Shown here in pieces: positions 18,213 through 28,397 of a stretch of DNA of 64,000 nt. The translations under genes were made by a program, and so were the position numbers. How positions within the stretch are numbered: the first letter of the stretch is position 1; each line of letters begins with the position of its first letter. A model generated the notes under the pieces. That model was not told the DNA's origin. It did no database searches and was given only the letters and a program-made list of their open reading frames with translations. Source of the stretch: a bacterium (GTDB lineage Bacteria > UBA8248); NCBI GenBank assembly GCA_965219955.1, contig OZ244799.1:2048001-2112000 (forward strand), written 5' to 3'.

Positions 18213-18857
18213 CTACTCAGGGTGAGGGGTATCGGGCGGCGCGGCGGTGCGGCGGATGAGTTCCTTGAGCGCCTCCATGTTCTCGCGGTGCTGATCTTTG
18301 TGCTCCTCGCGCTGGGTGGCGAGCGCGTTCATGGTCGCGACGTGCTGAGCTTTTTGATCCTCGCGTTGCGCGGCGAGCGCGTTCATGGTCGCGATGTGCT
18401 GATCTTTTTGGTCCTCGCGCTGGGCGGCGAGCGAACTCATAGTGGCGCGGTGTTGATCTTTGTGCTCCTCGCGCTGTGTGGCGAGCGCGTTCATGTTCTC
18501 GCGGTGCGCGCGTTCCATCGCTTCCATGGTTGCGCGGTGCTGGTCTTTTTGCGCCTCGCGCTCGGCGGCGAGTGCCTCCATGTTCTCACGGTGCGTGCGC
18601 TCCATCGCCTCCATGGTTTCGCGGTGGCGGCTGTCGAGCGCCTTCATGGTTTCGCGGTGCTGGGCGTCGCGGTGGCGCGCGGCCTGGCGCATGAAGTAGA
18701 GGCCGTAGGCGATCAGGGAGCACTGCGCGGCCCCCACGAGCGCGGCGACCCACACCGAGGCCTGCTGCGCTACGAGGGAGGCTTTCTGGATGGCCAGGGA
18801 TGATTCCTGGATGGCGAGACTTGCGGCTTCGTATTCCGTCATTTGGTTTTCCCCCAC
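18213..18857 (-). CDS. Membrane-anchored coiled-coil protein with tandem HRENMEALAxQREEHKDQ repeats
   Basis: One hydrophobic segment, then ~18-aa (54-nt) and 11-aa repeat units; likely start MTEYE at 18843. Confidence 0.7.
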   Translation of the reverse strand: MGENQMTEYEAASLAIQESSLAIQKASLVAQQASVWVAALVGAAQCSLIAYGLYFMRQAARHRDAQHRETMKALDSRHRETMEAMERTHRENMEALAAEREAQKDQHRATMEAMERAHRENMNALATQREEHKDQHRATMSSLAAQREDQKDQHIATMNALAAQREDQKAQHVATMNALATQREEHKDQHRENMEALKELIRRTAAPPDTPHPE

Positions 18858-19198
18858 GTTAGTGGGTCCTCATACGCGTAACTCTAATGCGCCGCCGCGC
18901 GCTTCGTCAAGGCGGATTCCGGGTGGCGGGGGAGGGTATTTGATCATCATTCCGGCAATCAATGCCGACCGGGGAGGGAGGGATTGCCGGAATGACGGCG
19001 GGCGGTTTGCGGTTTTCGAGGCGAGCGGGGAGAAGGGCGTTTCACTCGGGGGTTGTTGAAAAAAGCTCCGATAAAGGAGAGGTTTGTTCCGTAGGGGCCG
19101 TTCTCGTGAACGGCCCACGTTCGTGAACGGCCCTTGCCGGAGAAACGGGCGCTTCACGAAGCGCCCCTACGACACTCTTCCGGAGAGATCACAACACC

Positions 19199-19413
19199 CG
19201 TCATTCCGGCGAAAGCCGGAATCCATTTTGACTTTTCACCAGGCGGGGTGGCCACGACCTTGTTCTTACGCGGCGTCCGGATGCGGAATCCAAAGAATTC
19301 GCCTTTCGTTTTTGTATTCGATTCCGCTCCTCCCCGCTCGGGAGCAAAGACGTCCGAGCGAGGGGGCGAAAAGGCAAAGGCGAAAATGGATTCCGGCTTT
19401 CGCCGGAATGACG
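19199..19413. repeat. Inverted pair of CGTC-type REPs (CGTCATTCCGGCGAAAGCCGGAATCCA)
   Basis: Copies at 19199-19225 and 19387-19413; identical pairs at 44586-44802 and 60799-60940. Confidence 0.85.
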
Positions 19414-19522
19414 GCCAAAACCAAAAACCGGGCGGAGGCGCAGGCATCACTTTCTCCTCCAGGACTTTTTCAACAACCCCGTTCTTGACCCTGTTTGGGG
19501 CCTATGATAAACGCAAAACCCT

Positions 19523-19597
19523 GGGCCGTTAGCTCAGTGGCAGAGCGCTGCCTTCACACGGCAGAAGTCACTGGTTCAAATCCAGTACGGCCCACCA
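19523..19597 (+). tRNA. tRNA-Val (CAC)
   Basis: GGGCCGT...TAGCTCAGTGGCAGAGC, anticodon arm CTGCC-TTCACAC-GGCAG, T-arm GGTTCAAATCC, encoded CCA. Confidence 0.95.
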
Positions 19598-19636
19598 GCC
19601 AAATCTTCTTCGGGCGCTTGAAGAAACCCGGCAGTC

Positions 19637-20689
19637 CTAGACGTCGATCCCTTCCAGAAGCTCCGTCATCCGTATCTTTCTTCCCGCTTCCGCCGAGCGG
19701 CACGAACCCTCCACCTGCGCGAGGGCATGGACGGCCTCCCGGGGGCCGGTTTCGGGCGCATCGCCCGTGCGGGCGCAATCGGCGAACTCCTCCACCTCGT
19801 CGATTATCATGTCCGCCATTTCGGGCACGGGCACGTCCGTCCAGCCGGCTTCGCCCGCCTTTTGAATCTTTAAGCTAGTTTCATCGTTCGTCCGGTGCGC
19901 CAGGGTGATGTTTTCGCGGACCATCTCGAGAGAGACCACCGCCTGGGTGCCGTGCAGCCTGAGCGTGAAAATGCCCGGCGTCACGAAACTCGTCATCAGG
20001 GTGGAGACGGGGCCGCCTTCGTGCTCGGTGATCGTCATCGTCACGTCGTCTATCTCCGCCGGCGTGGCCAGCTTTTTGTGCACCCCGGTGACGCTCACGG
20101 GCTCGCCCAGCAGGTAGTTCAGCGTGTCGCAGTGGTGGATCCCCATCTGCATGAGGGGGCCGCCCGGACACTCATCCCGGAAATAACGCCACCGATTGGG
20201 AGTGAAGAACTGACCCATGTGGTTTGAAAAAACAGCCTCCGCCCAAAGCGGCCTGCCGATGGTGCCGTCTCCTATCAGCGCGCGGATTTTCCGGTGCCCC
20301 GCCGCGCGCCGGTAGCAGTGCCCCACCGCCAGCGTCTTGCAGGACGCCCGCCAGGCTCTGAGCACCTCGGGCGCTTCGGCCAGGACGTTCGTTATCGGCT
20401 TTTCCACCCAGACGTGCTTGCCCGCCTCGAGCGCGGCGATGATCTGGGCCGCATGCACCTTGTTCGGCGTGGTGAGCAGAACCCCCTCCACGTCCGGATT
20501 CCCTAATATCGCCTCATAGCTCACCGCCGCCTCGCATCCATGCTCCTCAGCGAAGGAGGCGCGCTTTTCTTCGTTGCGCGTGTAGCAGGTGATGAGGTCT
20601 ATCTTCCCGCTTCTGCGGAGGGCGTCTCCTATCGGCGTCGCCCACCACCCGAGGCCCACGAGGGCCGTTCTGAATTTTTCCTGAGACAT
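19637..20689 (-). CDS. Gfo/Idh/MocA family oxidoreductase
   Basis: VGLGWW, TPNKVH, GKHVWVEKP, GGPLMQMGIHHCD. Confidence 0.9.
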   Translation of the reverse strand: MSQEKFRTALVGLGWWATPIGDALRRSGKIDLITCYTRNEEKRASFAEEHGCEAAVSYEAILGNPDVEGVLLTTPNKVHAAQIIAALEAGKHVWVEKPITNVLAEAPEVLRAWRASCKTLAVGHCYRRAAGHRKIRALIGDGTIGRPLWAEAVFSNHMGQFFTPNRWRYFRDECPGGPLMQMGIHHCDTLNYLLGEPVSVTGVHKKLATPAEIDDVTMTITEHEGGPVSTLMTSFVTPGIFTLRLHGTQAVVSLEMVRENITLAHRTNDETSLKIQKAGEAGWTDVPVPEMADMIIDEVEEFADCARTGDAPETGPREAVHALAQVEGSCRSAEAGRKIRMTELLEGIDV

Positions 20690-20753
20690 ATGAACTCCCC
20701 GTTCTGAAGTATCTGGTTTCTGTGAAATATGGCTCCTTCGAGGATGGGTATCC

Positions 20754-23327
20754 TCACATCAAACTCAACGGGTCTACGTCCACCGCCAGGCGAACGGAAG
20801 AGAAAGCCGCCTGCCCGCCGAATTCCGCCGTCAGCGAATCGAGCGCCTCGCCCAGGCGCTTCGACCCCCTGGCCTTCAGGATCATGTGATACCGCCATAC
20901 GCCGCGAATCCTCACGAGCGGCGCCGGCGCGGGGCCCAGATATTCGACCCCGCCGGGATCGGCGGCGCGCCCGGCGGCGGCAGCGCCATGTTTGCGCAGA
21001 TACGAGGCCATCCATTCTGCGGCTTTCGCGGCGAGGTGCTTCTCCTTCGACTCGAAACGCAGCCTGGCCAGGCGTCGATAGGGCGGGTAGCCCATCCGCT
21101 CCCGCGCCAGAGCTTCTCTCTTGTAGAAACCGGCGTAATCATGCGTCTGCGCGCACTGAACCGCGAAATGGTCCGGCCTGAACGTCTGGATGATGACTTC
21201 ACCGGGCAAATCGGCGCGGCCCGCCCGGCCCGCCACCTGCGTCAACAGCTGGAAAGTGCGCTCGCTCGCCCTGAAATCGGGCAGATGAAGCCCGACGTCG
21301 GCCACCACGACGCCCACGAGCGTCAGTTTCGGGAAATCATGGCCTTTCGCCACCATCTGCGTCCCGATGAGGATGTCGATTTCCCCGCTTCGCATGGCGC
21401 CGAATATGCTCTCGTACGCGCCTGCCCGGCGGGCCGTGTCGCGATCCAGACGCTGGACGCGCGCCTCCGGGAATCGCGCCTTGACGGCCTGCTCGACGCG
21501 CTCGGTTCCAACGCCGAAGTACCCCACCCTGTCGCCCCTGCAGGAGGAGCACCTGTTGGGCGGATGCGCGCTGTAATCGCACCAGTGGCACTGCACCCTG
21601 CCCCCGCCTTCGCGGTGAAACGTGAGCGGGATGGAGCAGTGAGGACACTGGAGCGCCTCGCCGCAATCGCGGCACAGGATCACCGAAGAGAACCCGCGCC
21701 GGTTCAGGAACAACAGCGTCTGCTCGCCTCGCTCCAGACGCTCGCCGACGGCCTTCGCCAAATCGCGCGTGAGAAGCTCGGGCGTCCTGGGGTCGGAGCC
21801 GGCCTCTTTTCTCAAATCCACCAGGCGCACCTGAGGCAAGGCCCCTCCGGTGGGCCGACCCGACAGCGAGCGCAGGCGGTAGCGGCCGCTTCTCGCGCTC
21901 GTATAGCTTTCAATCGACGGCGTCGCCGAACCCAGCACGACGGGAACCCCCAGATTCCTGGCGCGCACGATGCCCGTATCCCGCGCGTGGTAGCGAGGGG
22001 ATTCCTCTTGCTTGTAGGAGCCGTCGTGCTCCTCATCCACCGCAATCATCCCGAGATTCGGGACCGGGGCGAAGACGGCGGACCTCGTCCCCACGACGAT
22101 GGGCGCCTCCCCGTTCTTGATGCGCCGCCATTCCGAGATGCGCTTTTTGTCCGAATAGGCGCTGTGCAGACAGGCCACCGAACCCCCGAAGCGCTCCTGA
22201 AAGCGCCCCAGGAGCTGGGGGGTCAGCCCGATTTCCGGCACCAGAATCAACGCGCCCAACCCGTTTTCGAGGGCTTCTTGCGCAAGCCGGATGTAGACTT
22301 CCGTCTTCCCGCTTCCGGTGACGCCGTGAAGAAGCGTGACCGAAAAATTCTTTTTCTCGATATCCTCCTTCACCAGTTCGAACGATTCTTTCTGCTCATC
22401 CGTAAGATCCATAGCGGGTGCACCGACCCCTGGACTCGGCTCGCTCACATCCTCCGCATCCGGGAGGAGATATTCTACTACTTCGACCCACCCTTTTCTC
22501 TCCAAAGCGGCGCAGGCGGCGCGCGCGCCTTTCGAGAGGATTTCCAGTTCCCCCAGCCGCATCCGCCCGTCAGCCGCCTGATCCAACAGGCCCAGGATTT
22601 CCGCCTGCCGCTTCGCGCGTTTCGCCAGAGACTCCAGTTCACCTTCCGGGGGCATCTTGAGAAGGCGCGCGTACTTGGCCTTCCGCTGTTTCGAGCCACC
22701 CACCTCGTCGACGAATTTCTCCACGAAGCCCGCATCGAGAAGACGTTCGATCTCCGGGCGCGTCCCTCGCCCGAACGACGCCGCAAGAGAACCGATGGTT
22801 CTCGGACTCTTTCGCAGCGCGACCAGGATGCGCGCCTTGTGGCTTCCCTTCGCCTCCGAGGGCTTGAGGCCGGGCAGGCCCAGGCCGCCTTCCTCGAATG
22901 CAGCCTCCACCCGCCCTTTCTCACTGAGGCGGTAACGCTCTACCGTTTTCTTCTCCCTGTGGGACGGCAGCGCGAATTTGAGCGCCTCCCCCCAGCCGCA
23001 ACAATAGTAATCCGCCACCCATCTGGTGAGTTCCAGAAGTTCCGGCGTGAGCAGCGGCTCATCGTCAAGCATCTCCAGAACGGGTTTGATGGAACCGGGC
23101 TCGACCCCGGGGGGCGGGCTCATGCCCGGCGGGTGGACGACGTATCCCGTCACTTTCCGCCTGCCCAGCGGCACCAGCACGCGCAGTCCGGGCGACAGCC
23201 TCTCCGCTAGCTCATGGCTTGCCCGGTAGGTAAGAGGCTTTAGCTGCGGGACGCTGAGCGCGACCTCGACATACGCGCTTCCCGCTTCATGCGCTCGCGC
23301 GGCCTCTTTCTTGATGGTGTATTTCAC
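20754..23327 (-). CDS. priA: Primosomal protein N'
   Basis: GVTGSGKTEVY, DEEHD, SATPS, CxxC zinc motifs, GTQMVAKGHDFP, QVAGRAGR, DVDP end; GTG start overlaps the upstream TGA. Confidence 0.95.
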   Translation of the reverse strand: MKYTIKKEAARAHEAGSAYVEVALSVPQLKPLTYRASHELAERLSPGLRVLVPLGRRKVTGYVVHPPGMSPPPGVEPGSIKPVLEMLDDEPLLTPELLELTRWVADYYCCGWGEALKFALPSHREKKTVERYRLSEKGRVEAAFEEGGLGLPGLKPSEAKGSHKARILVALRKSPRTIGSLAASFGRGTRPEIERLLDAGFVEKFVDEVGGSKQRKAKYARLLKMPPEGELESLAKRAKRQAEILGLLDQAADGRMRLGELEILSKGARAACAALERKGWVEVVEYLLPDAEDVSEPSPGVGAPAMDLTDEQKESFELVKEDIEKKNFSVTLLHGVTGSGKTEVYIRLAQEALENGLGALILVPEIGLTPQLLGRFQERFGGSVACLHSAYSDKKRISEWRRIKNGEAPIVVGTRSAVFAPVPNLGMIAVDEEHDGSYKQEESPRYHARDTGIVRARNLGVPVVLGSATPSIESYTSARSGRYRLRSLSGRPTGGALPQVRLVDLRKEAGSDPRTPELLTRDLAKAVGERLERGEQTLLFLNRRGFSSVILCRDCGEALQCPHCSIPLTFHREGGGRVQCHWCDYSAHPPNRCSSCRGDRVGYFGVGTERVEQAVKARFPEARVQRLDRDTARRAGAYESIFGAMRSGEIDILIGTQMVAKGHDFPKLTLVGVVVADVGLHLPDFRASERTFQLLTQVAGRAGRADLPGEVIIQTFRPDHFAVQCAQTHDYAGFYKREALARERMGYPPYRRLARLRFESKEKHLAAKAAEWMASYLRKHGAAAAGRAADPGGVEYLGPAPAPLVRIRGVWRYHMILKARGSKRLGEALDSLTAEFGGQAAFSSVRLAVDVDPLSLM

Positions 23328-24292
23328 GGACGAGGCGTCCCGCCGCCGAGGATGATATCGAGGTGTTCGCTGGTGAGGTTGCGCCCGCTCAGGATTCCGG
23401 CGACCCGCTTGCCCTTCAGGTCCATCTTCATGGCGGCCGCCGTCGGGGCGGCGCCCGCGCCCTCGGCGATGACGTGCACGTCCGAAACAAGCAGGCGGAT
23501 GGCGTCGCACATCTCCTCCTCGCTCACGGTCACGATTTCATCCACGTATCGCCTGATCATCGAAAACGTCAGTTCAAAGGGCACCCGGGTGGCGAGTCCG
23601 TCCGCGAAGGTGTCCGCCGAAGGCTGGGGCTGCAATTCCCCGGCGTAGAAGCTCTTGTAGAAGGCGGGAGCCTTTTCCGCCTGGACTCCCACCACGTGGA
23701 CCTTGGGGTTGACTTGTTTGGCGGCGAGGCCCGCGCCGCATACCCCGCTTCCCCCGCCGAGGGGCACGATGACGACTTCGATATCCGGCTCGGACTCCAT
23801 GATCTCGAGCGTCTGGGTCGCCACGCCCGCGATGAGGTGCGGCTCGTTGGCCGAGTGAACGTAGCGCATGCCGCGCGCTTCGCATTGCTCCTCGCACCAC
23901 ACCCTGGCGTCGTCGAAATCCTTTCCCACGAACGCGACTTCCGCACCGAGTCTCTCGATGGCCGAGATTTTATCCGCGTTCGCCCCGTTCGGGGCCGCTA
24001 TCAGCGCTTTGACCCCGAAGATCCGCGCGGCGTAGGCGATGGACTGGCCGTGGTTGCCGGTCGAGGCCGTGATGAGGCCCGCCTGCTTCTCCTCCGGCCC
24101 GAGCCTGGAGACGAGATTCACGCCGCCGCGCACCTTGAACGCGCCGACGGGCTGCATGGACTCGAACTTCATGAAATACCGGCACCCGATGCGTTCCGAG
24201 AGCACCGGCACCTCGTGAAAAGGCGTGGGCTGCAGGTAGTCGGCGACCCGTTTTTGCGCCTCGAGAACATCATCAAACGTAGGCTCGCGCAT
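23324..24292 (-). CDS. PLP-dependent threonine/serine dehydratase family
   Basis: GAFKVRGG, ASTGNHGQ, PLGGGSG, AEGAGAA, SGRN. Confidence 0.9.
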   Translation of the reverse strand: MREPTFDDVLEAQKRVADYLQPTPFHEVPVLSERIGCRYFMKFESMQPVGAFKVRGGVNLVSRLGPEEKQAGLITASTGNHGQSIAYAARIFGVKALIAAPNGANADKISAIERLGAEVAFVGKDFDDARVWCEEQCEARGMRYVHSANEPHLIAGVATQTLEIMESEPDIEVVIVPLGGGSGVCGAGLAAKQVNPKVHVVGVQAEKAPAFYKSFYAGELQPQPSADTFADGLATRVPFELTFSMIRRYVDEIVTVSEEEMCDAIRLLVSDVHVIAEGAGAAPTAAAMKMDLKGKRVAGILSGRNLTSEHLDIILGGGTPRP

Positions 24293-24409
24293 GGTTCCTC
24301 CAGAGGTGGGCGTATCAAGACTTCTTATATCAAAATTTCCGTTTCAGAGAGTCCCCGCAAGATAAGCAGCCCGTGGTTTTCGCTATCCGCCTGAAAACCT
24401 GCACATTAC

Positions 24410-24822
24410 GGGGCTGTTGGAAAAGCCCCCGGGAAGCGATTTCGGGAATTGAGGCAACCGACGAGAGAGGAAAATCACTCCCCCTTGAGGGTCATCGCTA
24501 GGGAAGCAGGAAGTGGATTCACTCCCCCCTTGAGGGGGAGTCGAAGAGGCCGAGCGTTTTTTGCGAAGGCCGATTCGGTGGGGGGGAATGCGTTTTATCG
24601 CCACCCGAATTATCCCCCCACCGATTCGCTTGCGGGCTTACGCCCTTAGCTCATCGACTCCCCCTCAAGGGGGGAGTGGTTGATTAGCACTCTGCAAGGG
24701 AGGAGTAAAGTTTCATCCCTTCATGGTCGGCTACATACGCCGAATCACGGAATCAGGGCTTTTTCAACAATCCCCTCAAGGGGGGAGTGATTCCTCTCTC
24801 CTCGGGCTTTTTCAGCAGGCGC
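24410..24822. mobile_element. MITE/REP mosaic
   Basis: GGGGCTGTTGGAAAA left end; TTTTTCAACAATCCC and degenerate TTTTTCAGCAGGCGC right ends; interior homologous to the 14.5-15.0 kb and 36.6 kb repeats. Confidence 0.65.
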
Positions 24823-24957
24823 ATTAGGCCCTCATTACGCGTCGCGGAAGAATGCGGCGCCCGCCTGAATCTCGCTCAAAGACGCGGATGTTGACCCCCT
24901 TCTTCGCGCAACCTAGAATGCCTTCGAGCATAAAACTTTACACTGCCGTGGAGGGTC

Positions 24958-25290
24958 ATGATGAAGAGCGCCCTGGAAATTGCGATGGAGAAAACTTCCG
25001 CCATCGGCGAGCAAGCGCGCCAGGAACTGGAAAAACTCACTCCTGAGCAAAGGGACAAGATTGAGGGAATCAAAAAGGTATACGAGGGGAAAATCGCCGA
25101 AAAAGACGTCCTTCACCAGCAGGAATTGATGAAAATGACGGGCGGCGCTCCCATTGAAGCCGTCGAGGCGCAACTCGAACCCGAGGCCAGAGACGCGCTG
25201 AACGCGTTCCGCCAGAAATTCAGGAGCGAGCGCGAGGCGCTCGAAGCGGAGCGCGACGAGAAAATAGAAGCCATCAAAAATGAGAGTTAA
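24958..25290 (+). CDS. Conserved-looking helical hypothetical protein
   Basis: MKSALEIAMEKT start, GGAGG RBS, coupled to the downstream gene. Confidence 0.7.
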   Translation: MMKSALEIAMEKTSAIGEQARQELEKLTPEQRDKIEGIKKVYEGKIAEKDVLHQQELMKMTGGAPIEAVEAQLEPEARDALNAFRQKFRSEREALEAERDEKIEAIKNES

Positions 25291-25296
25291 AAATCC

Positions 25297-26268
25297 ATGA
25301 GCCGCGTAGCGATTGTCCGTTGCGAAGACTATGAGCGGGAGCGCGTGAGCGACGCCGTCGCCGAGGCTCTGGAAGCCCTGGGCGGCGCGGCGCAATTCGC
25401 CTCTGAAACCGACGAGATACTGCTCAAACCCAACATCCTTAAAGGCGCACCGCCTGAGAGCGCGCTCACGACCCACCCCGAAATACTCCGGGCGGTGGCG
25501 GAGCAACTCCAGAATTCGGCTACGCCGCCCGGAACGCTTTCCATGGGCGACAGCCCCGCCTGGGGGAGTCTCGCCTCTTGCGCCGAGCAAGCCGGCCTGT
25601 CGAGCGTATGCGAGGAACTCGGGCTCCCCCTCGTCTCCTTCCGGAAAGGGGTGAAGGTTCCCAATCCCGAAGGCGTCGTTTATGCGCACCTCACCATGGC
25701 GAAAGAGGCGATGGACGCGGACGGGATCATCAACCTGCCGAAGCTCAAGACCCATTGCCAGCTCTACATGACGGGCGCGGTCAAGAACCTCTTCGGCTGC
25801 GTGGCGGGCAAAAGAAAGGCGTGGTGGCATTTCAAGGCCGGGACATTCGAGGATTATTTCCCGCTCATGCTCGTCGAAACGGCGCGATTGCTCAAGACGA
25901 GGCTCTCCGTTCTGGACGCCGTCTACGCGATGGAGGGCCAGGGGCCGGCCCAGGGGACTCCCCGGCAGGTGGGCCTCATCATCGCCAGCGCCGACCCGGT
26001 GGCGCTCGACCGCGTGGCTTGTGAGGTCACGGGACTCTCGCCCGGGAAACTGAGAACCCTGGAAGCCGCCCGCGTGACGGGCTTCGGCGAGACGGATTTG
26101 GACAAGATCGACGTGGTGGGACTGCCCATCGAGGAGGCTGGATTATCCAAGCCCCTCGTCGAGCCGAGGATGATACCGATTGGCTTCAGCATCCCGCGCG
26201 TCGTCAAGAGCACGCTGAAACAGCAGTGGCTCACGCGCGTGCGCGAACCCCTCCGGAAAGTGTCGTGA
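25297..26268 (+). CDS. DUF362 domain protein
   Basis: LLKPN, TTHPE, GDSP, INLPKLKTH, TGAVKNLFG, MEGQGP, DPVALD. Confidence 0.9.
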   Translation: MSRVAIVRCEDYERERVSDAVAEALEALGGAAQFASETDEILLKPNILKGAPPESALTTHPEILRAVAEQLQNSATPPGTLSMGDSPAWGSLASCAEQAGLSSVCEELGLPLVSFRKGVKVPNPEGVVYAHLTMAKEAMDADGIINLPKLKTHCQLYMTGAVKNLFGCVAGKRKAWWHFKAGTFEDYFPLMLVETARLLKTRLSVLDAVYAMEGQGPAQGTPRQVGLIIASADPVALDRVACEVTGLSPGKLRTLEAARVTGFGETDLDKIDVVGLPIEEAGLSKPLVEPRMIPIGFSIPRVVKSTLKQQWLTRVREPLRKVS

Positions 26269-26281
26269 ATCTCGGCAGGAT

Positions 26282-27055
26282 TTAGATATTCGAGCGGCTC
26301 TGCGAGCCGTCCACGTTCCAGCAGGCCCCGTGCACGAGGCTCGCCCTCGGGCTCACCATGAAGACGGCCACGGCGGAGAGTTCCTCGGGGCGGCCGAACC
26401 GGCCCAGCGGCATCTCCGCGTCGACGAAGCCCTTCAGGCCGTCGGGCGCCTCGTTCACCCGCCGCTCCCAGACCCCGCCGGGGAAAATGATGCTGCCCGG
26501 CGCAATCGAGTTCACGCGAATGTTGTCTTGCGCCGTCTGCTGGGCGAGCCCCTTGGAGAAGCTGATGAGCGCCGCCTTGGAGGCGTTGTAGGTCATCGCG
26601 CCCCTCGACTCGCGTCCGTAGATGGAGGCGACGTTTAGAATAGAGCCGCCGCCCCTTTTTTTCATCTCCGGTATCACGAGGCGCGAGAGCGTCACCGCGT
26701 GATAGAGGTTGAAGCCGAACCCTTCGCGCCATTCCTCGTCCGTGATGTCCAAAAACGCCTTGGGATTGCTGCCGCCCACGTTGTTCACGAGGATGTCGAC
26801 GCCGCCGAACGCATCGAGCGTCTGATTGAGAAAAGCATCGGGTACGCCATCCCGGGTCACGTCGCCCGCCAAACCCGCCGCGCGTCCGCAGCCCAGCGCG
26901 TTCAACTCATCGACGGCCTGGTTCAGGCGCTCCTCGCCCCGCGCGCTGATCGCCACGTGGCAGCCCTCGCCCACCAGGTCCTTCGCGATATGGAAGCCGA
27001 GCCCCCGGCTGCCGCCGGAGATCATCGCTACTTTGTCGGTGAGCATCAAATCCAT
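26282..27055 (-). CDS. Short-chain dehydrogenase/reductase
   Basis: SGGSRGLG, NNVG, YNASK, VNSIAPG; ATG 27055. Confidence 0.92.
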   Translation of the reverse strand: MDLMLTDKVAMISGGSRGLGFHIAKDLVGEGCHVAISARGEERLNQAVDELNALGCGRAAGLAGDVTRDGVPDAFLNQTLDAFGGVDILVNNVGGSNPKAFLDITDEEWREGFGFNLYHAVTLSRLVIPEMKKRGGGSILNVASIYGRESRGAMTYNASKAALISFSKGLAQQTAQDNIRVNSIAPGSIIFPGGVWERRVNEAPDGLKGFVDAEMPLGRFGRPEELSAVAVFMVSPRASLVHGACWNVDGSQSRSNI

Positions 27056-27099
27056 CGTTTCCCTCCCCAAATTCGGAGAATGAGGGCCTCGCGACGCCC

Positions 27100-28284
27100 T
27101 TATGCGGGCTCGTCCAGCGTCTGGGCGGCGCGCAGCAGCGTCATCGAGTCCGTCCCGTCGCCGTGCAGGAAGGTGAGGAGGTCGCGCATCATCTTCTCCG
27201 TCGGCGTCTCCTTCATGATGCCGATGCCGCCGAGAATGTCCGTGGCGAAGGCTATCGTCTTGAGCGCCACCTGATCGCTGAACACCTTGCCGTACCGCGT
27301 GAAGCGCGTGTTGTAGCTCTCGTCGTTCTCCACGCCCCAGCAGATGCGCCACATGAACTGCTCGGCCACCTCGATGTTCATCAGCATCTCGGCGAGCATG
27401 TGCTGTATCGTCTGGTGCTCGATGATGGGCTTGCCGCCCTGGATGCGCTCTTTCGCGTGCTGGAGGCAGAAGTTGTAGATGCCGCGCGCGATGCCCGTGT
27501 TGCACGCCGGGAGCTCGGCGCTGCCCCGGAACACCGTGGCGAACGTCTGAAAGCCCTTGTCGACCTCGCCCAGGATGTCGTCCTTGTGGACGCGCACGTT
27601 GTCGTAGTAACTCTCGGCGTTGGGATACAGCCTGTAGCCGAGCTTGTCGTGCACGTTGCCGTAGGTGACGCCCTCCTGGTCGCCGTGCACGAGAAAGCAG
27701 GTGGTTCCCTGATGAAGCGGAACGTCGGGGTTCGTTCTCGCGAAGACCAGCAGAATCTTCGCCCAACTCGTGAGCGACGTGAAGCGTTTCGCCCCGTTGA
27801 GCACGAAATAATCACCGTCCCGGACGGCCGAGGTTTTGAGGCCCAGCGCGGGGTCGCTCTGCCGGTAGATGTTGTCCGAGCCATAATCCGGTTCGGTGAT
27901 CACGAACGAGCCGACGCAATCGTCGTCTTCCACGAACATCTTGCCCCACTTCTCGAGCACCGCCTCCGAACCGCATTTGAAGATCGCGTTCGACACCTTC
28001 CAGCACTGGCTCAGGCACTTGATGACGCCGATCTCGATTTGCGCCCCCGTCCAGAGGCAGAGGGCCTTGGTCGTCGTGTCGGCCCCGATGCCGCCATGCT
28101 CCTCGGGAACCGCCATGGTGCGGAGACCGACCTGCGACGCCTTGTTCAGGAGCTCGCCCGGGTAGCAATCCTTGGGGTCGGGCCGCCTGTCCATCTCCGC
28201 GGCGACGGGCGCGACCTCACGCTCCATGAAATCCCGGGTGAGATCGGCCAGCGCCAGTTGTTCATCGGTGAATGGGTATTGCAT
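27100..28284 (-). CDS. Acyl-CoA dehydrogenase family protein
   Basis: TEPDYGSD, LNGAKRF, KLG, RIQGGKPI, LGGIG. Confidence 0.9.
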   Translation of the reverse strand: MQYPFTDEQLALADLTRDFMEREVAPVAAEMDRRPDPKDCYPGELLNKASQVGLRTMAVPEEHGGIGADTTTKALCLWTGAQIEIGVIKCLSQCWKVSNAIFKCGSEAVLEKWGKMFVEDDDCVGSFVITEPDYGSDNIYRQSDPALGLKTSAVRDGDYFVLNGAKRFTSLTSWAKILLVFARTNPDVPLHQGTTCFLVHGDQEGVTYGNVHDKLGYRLYPNAESYYDNVRVHKDDILGEVDKGFQTFATVFRGSAELPACNTGIARGIYNFCLQHAKERIQGGKPIIEHQTIQHMLAEMLMNIEVAEQFMWRICWGVENDESYNTRFTRYGKVFSDQVALKTIAFATDILGGIGIMKETPTEKMMRDLLTFLHGDGTDSMTLLRAAQTLDEPA

Positions 28285-28397
28285 AACTCCTCCAGAGCCT
28301 TGAGAAGAATTCTCTTCGAAAGTGATTGTGTATCCCTTGGTTATCCTCCAGCGCCTGTTATGGTGTCAACTTCAAACCGGAATTGCGCTCACATCTC

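Larger units (their letters stand above)
17696..19480. mobile_element. Putative composite element: two MITEs (17696-18059, 19049-19480) bracketing a repeat-protein gene
   Basis: Outer TIRs GGGGTTGTTGGAAAA / TTTTTCAACAACCCC both flanked by GTTCTT; the inner ends show no matching duplication. Confidence 0.6.

Noticed and set aside
20886-23210. Long antisense ORFs (20886-23210, 27163-28680, 53674-55683, 61203-63596 and others)
   Set aside because: Shadows of well-supported genes on the opposite strand in high-GC DNA; no recognisable motifs.
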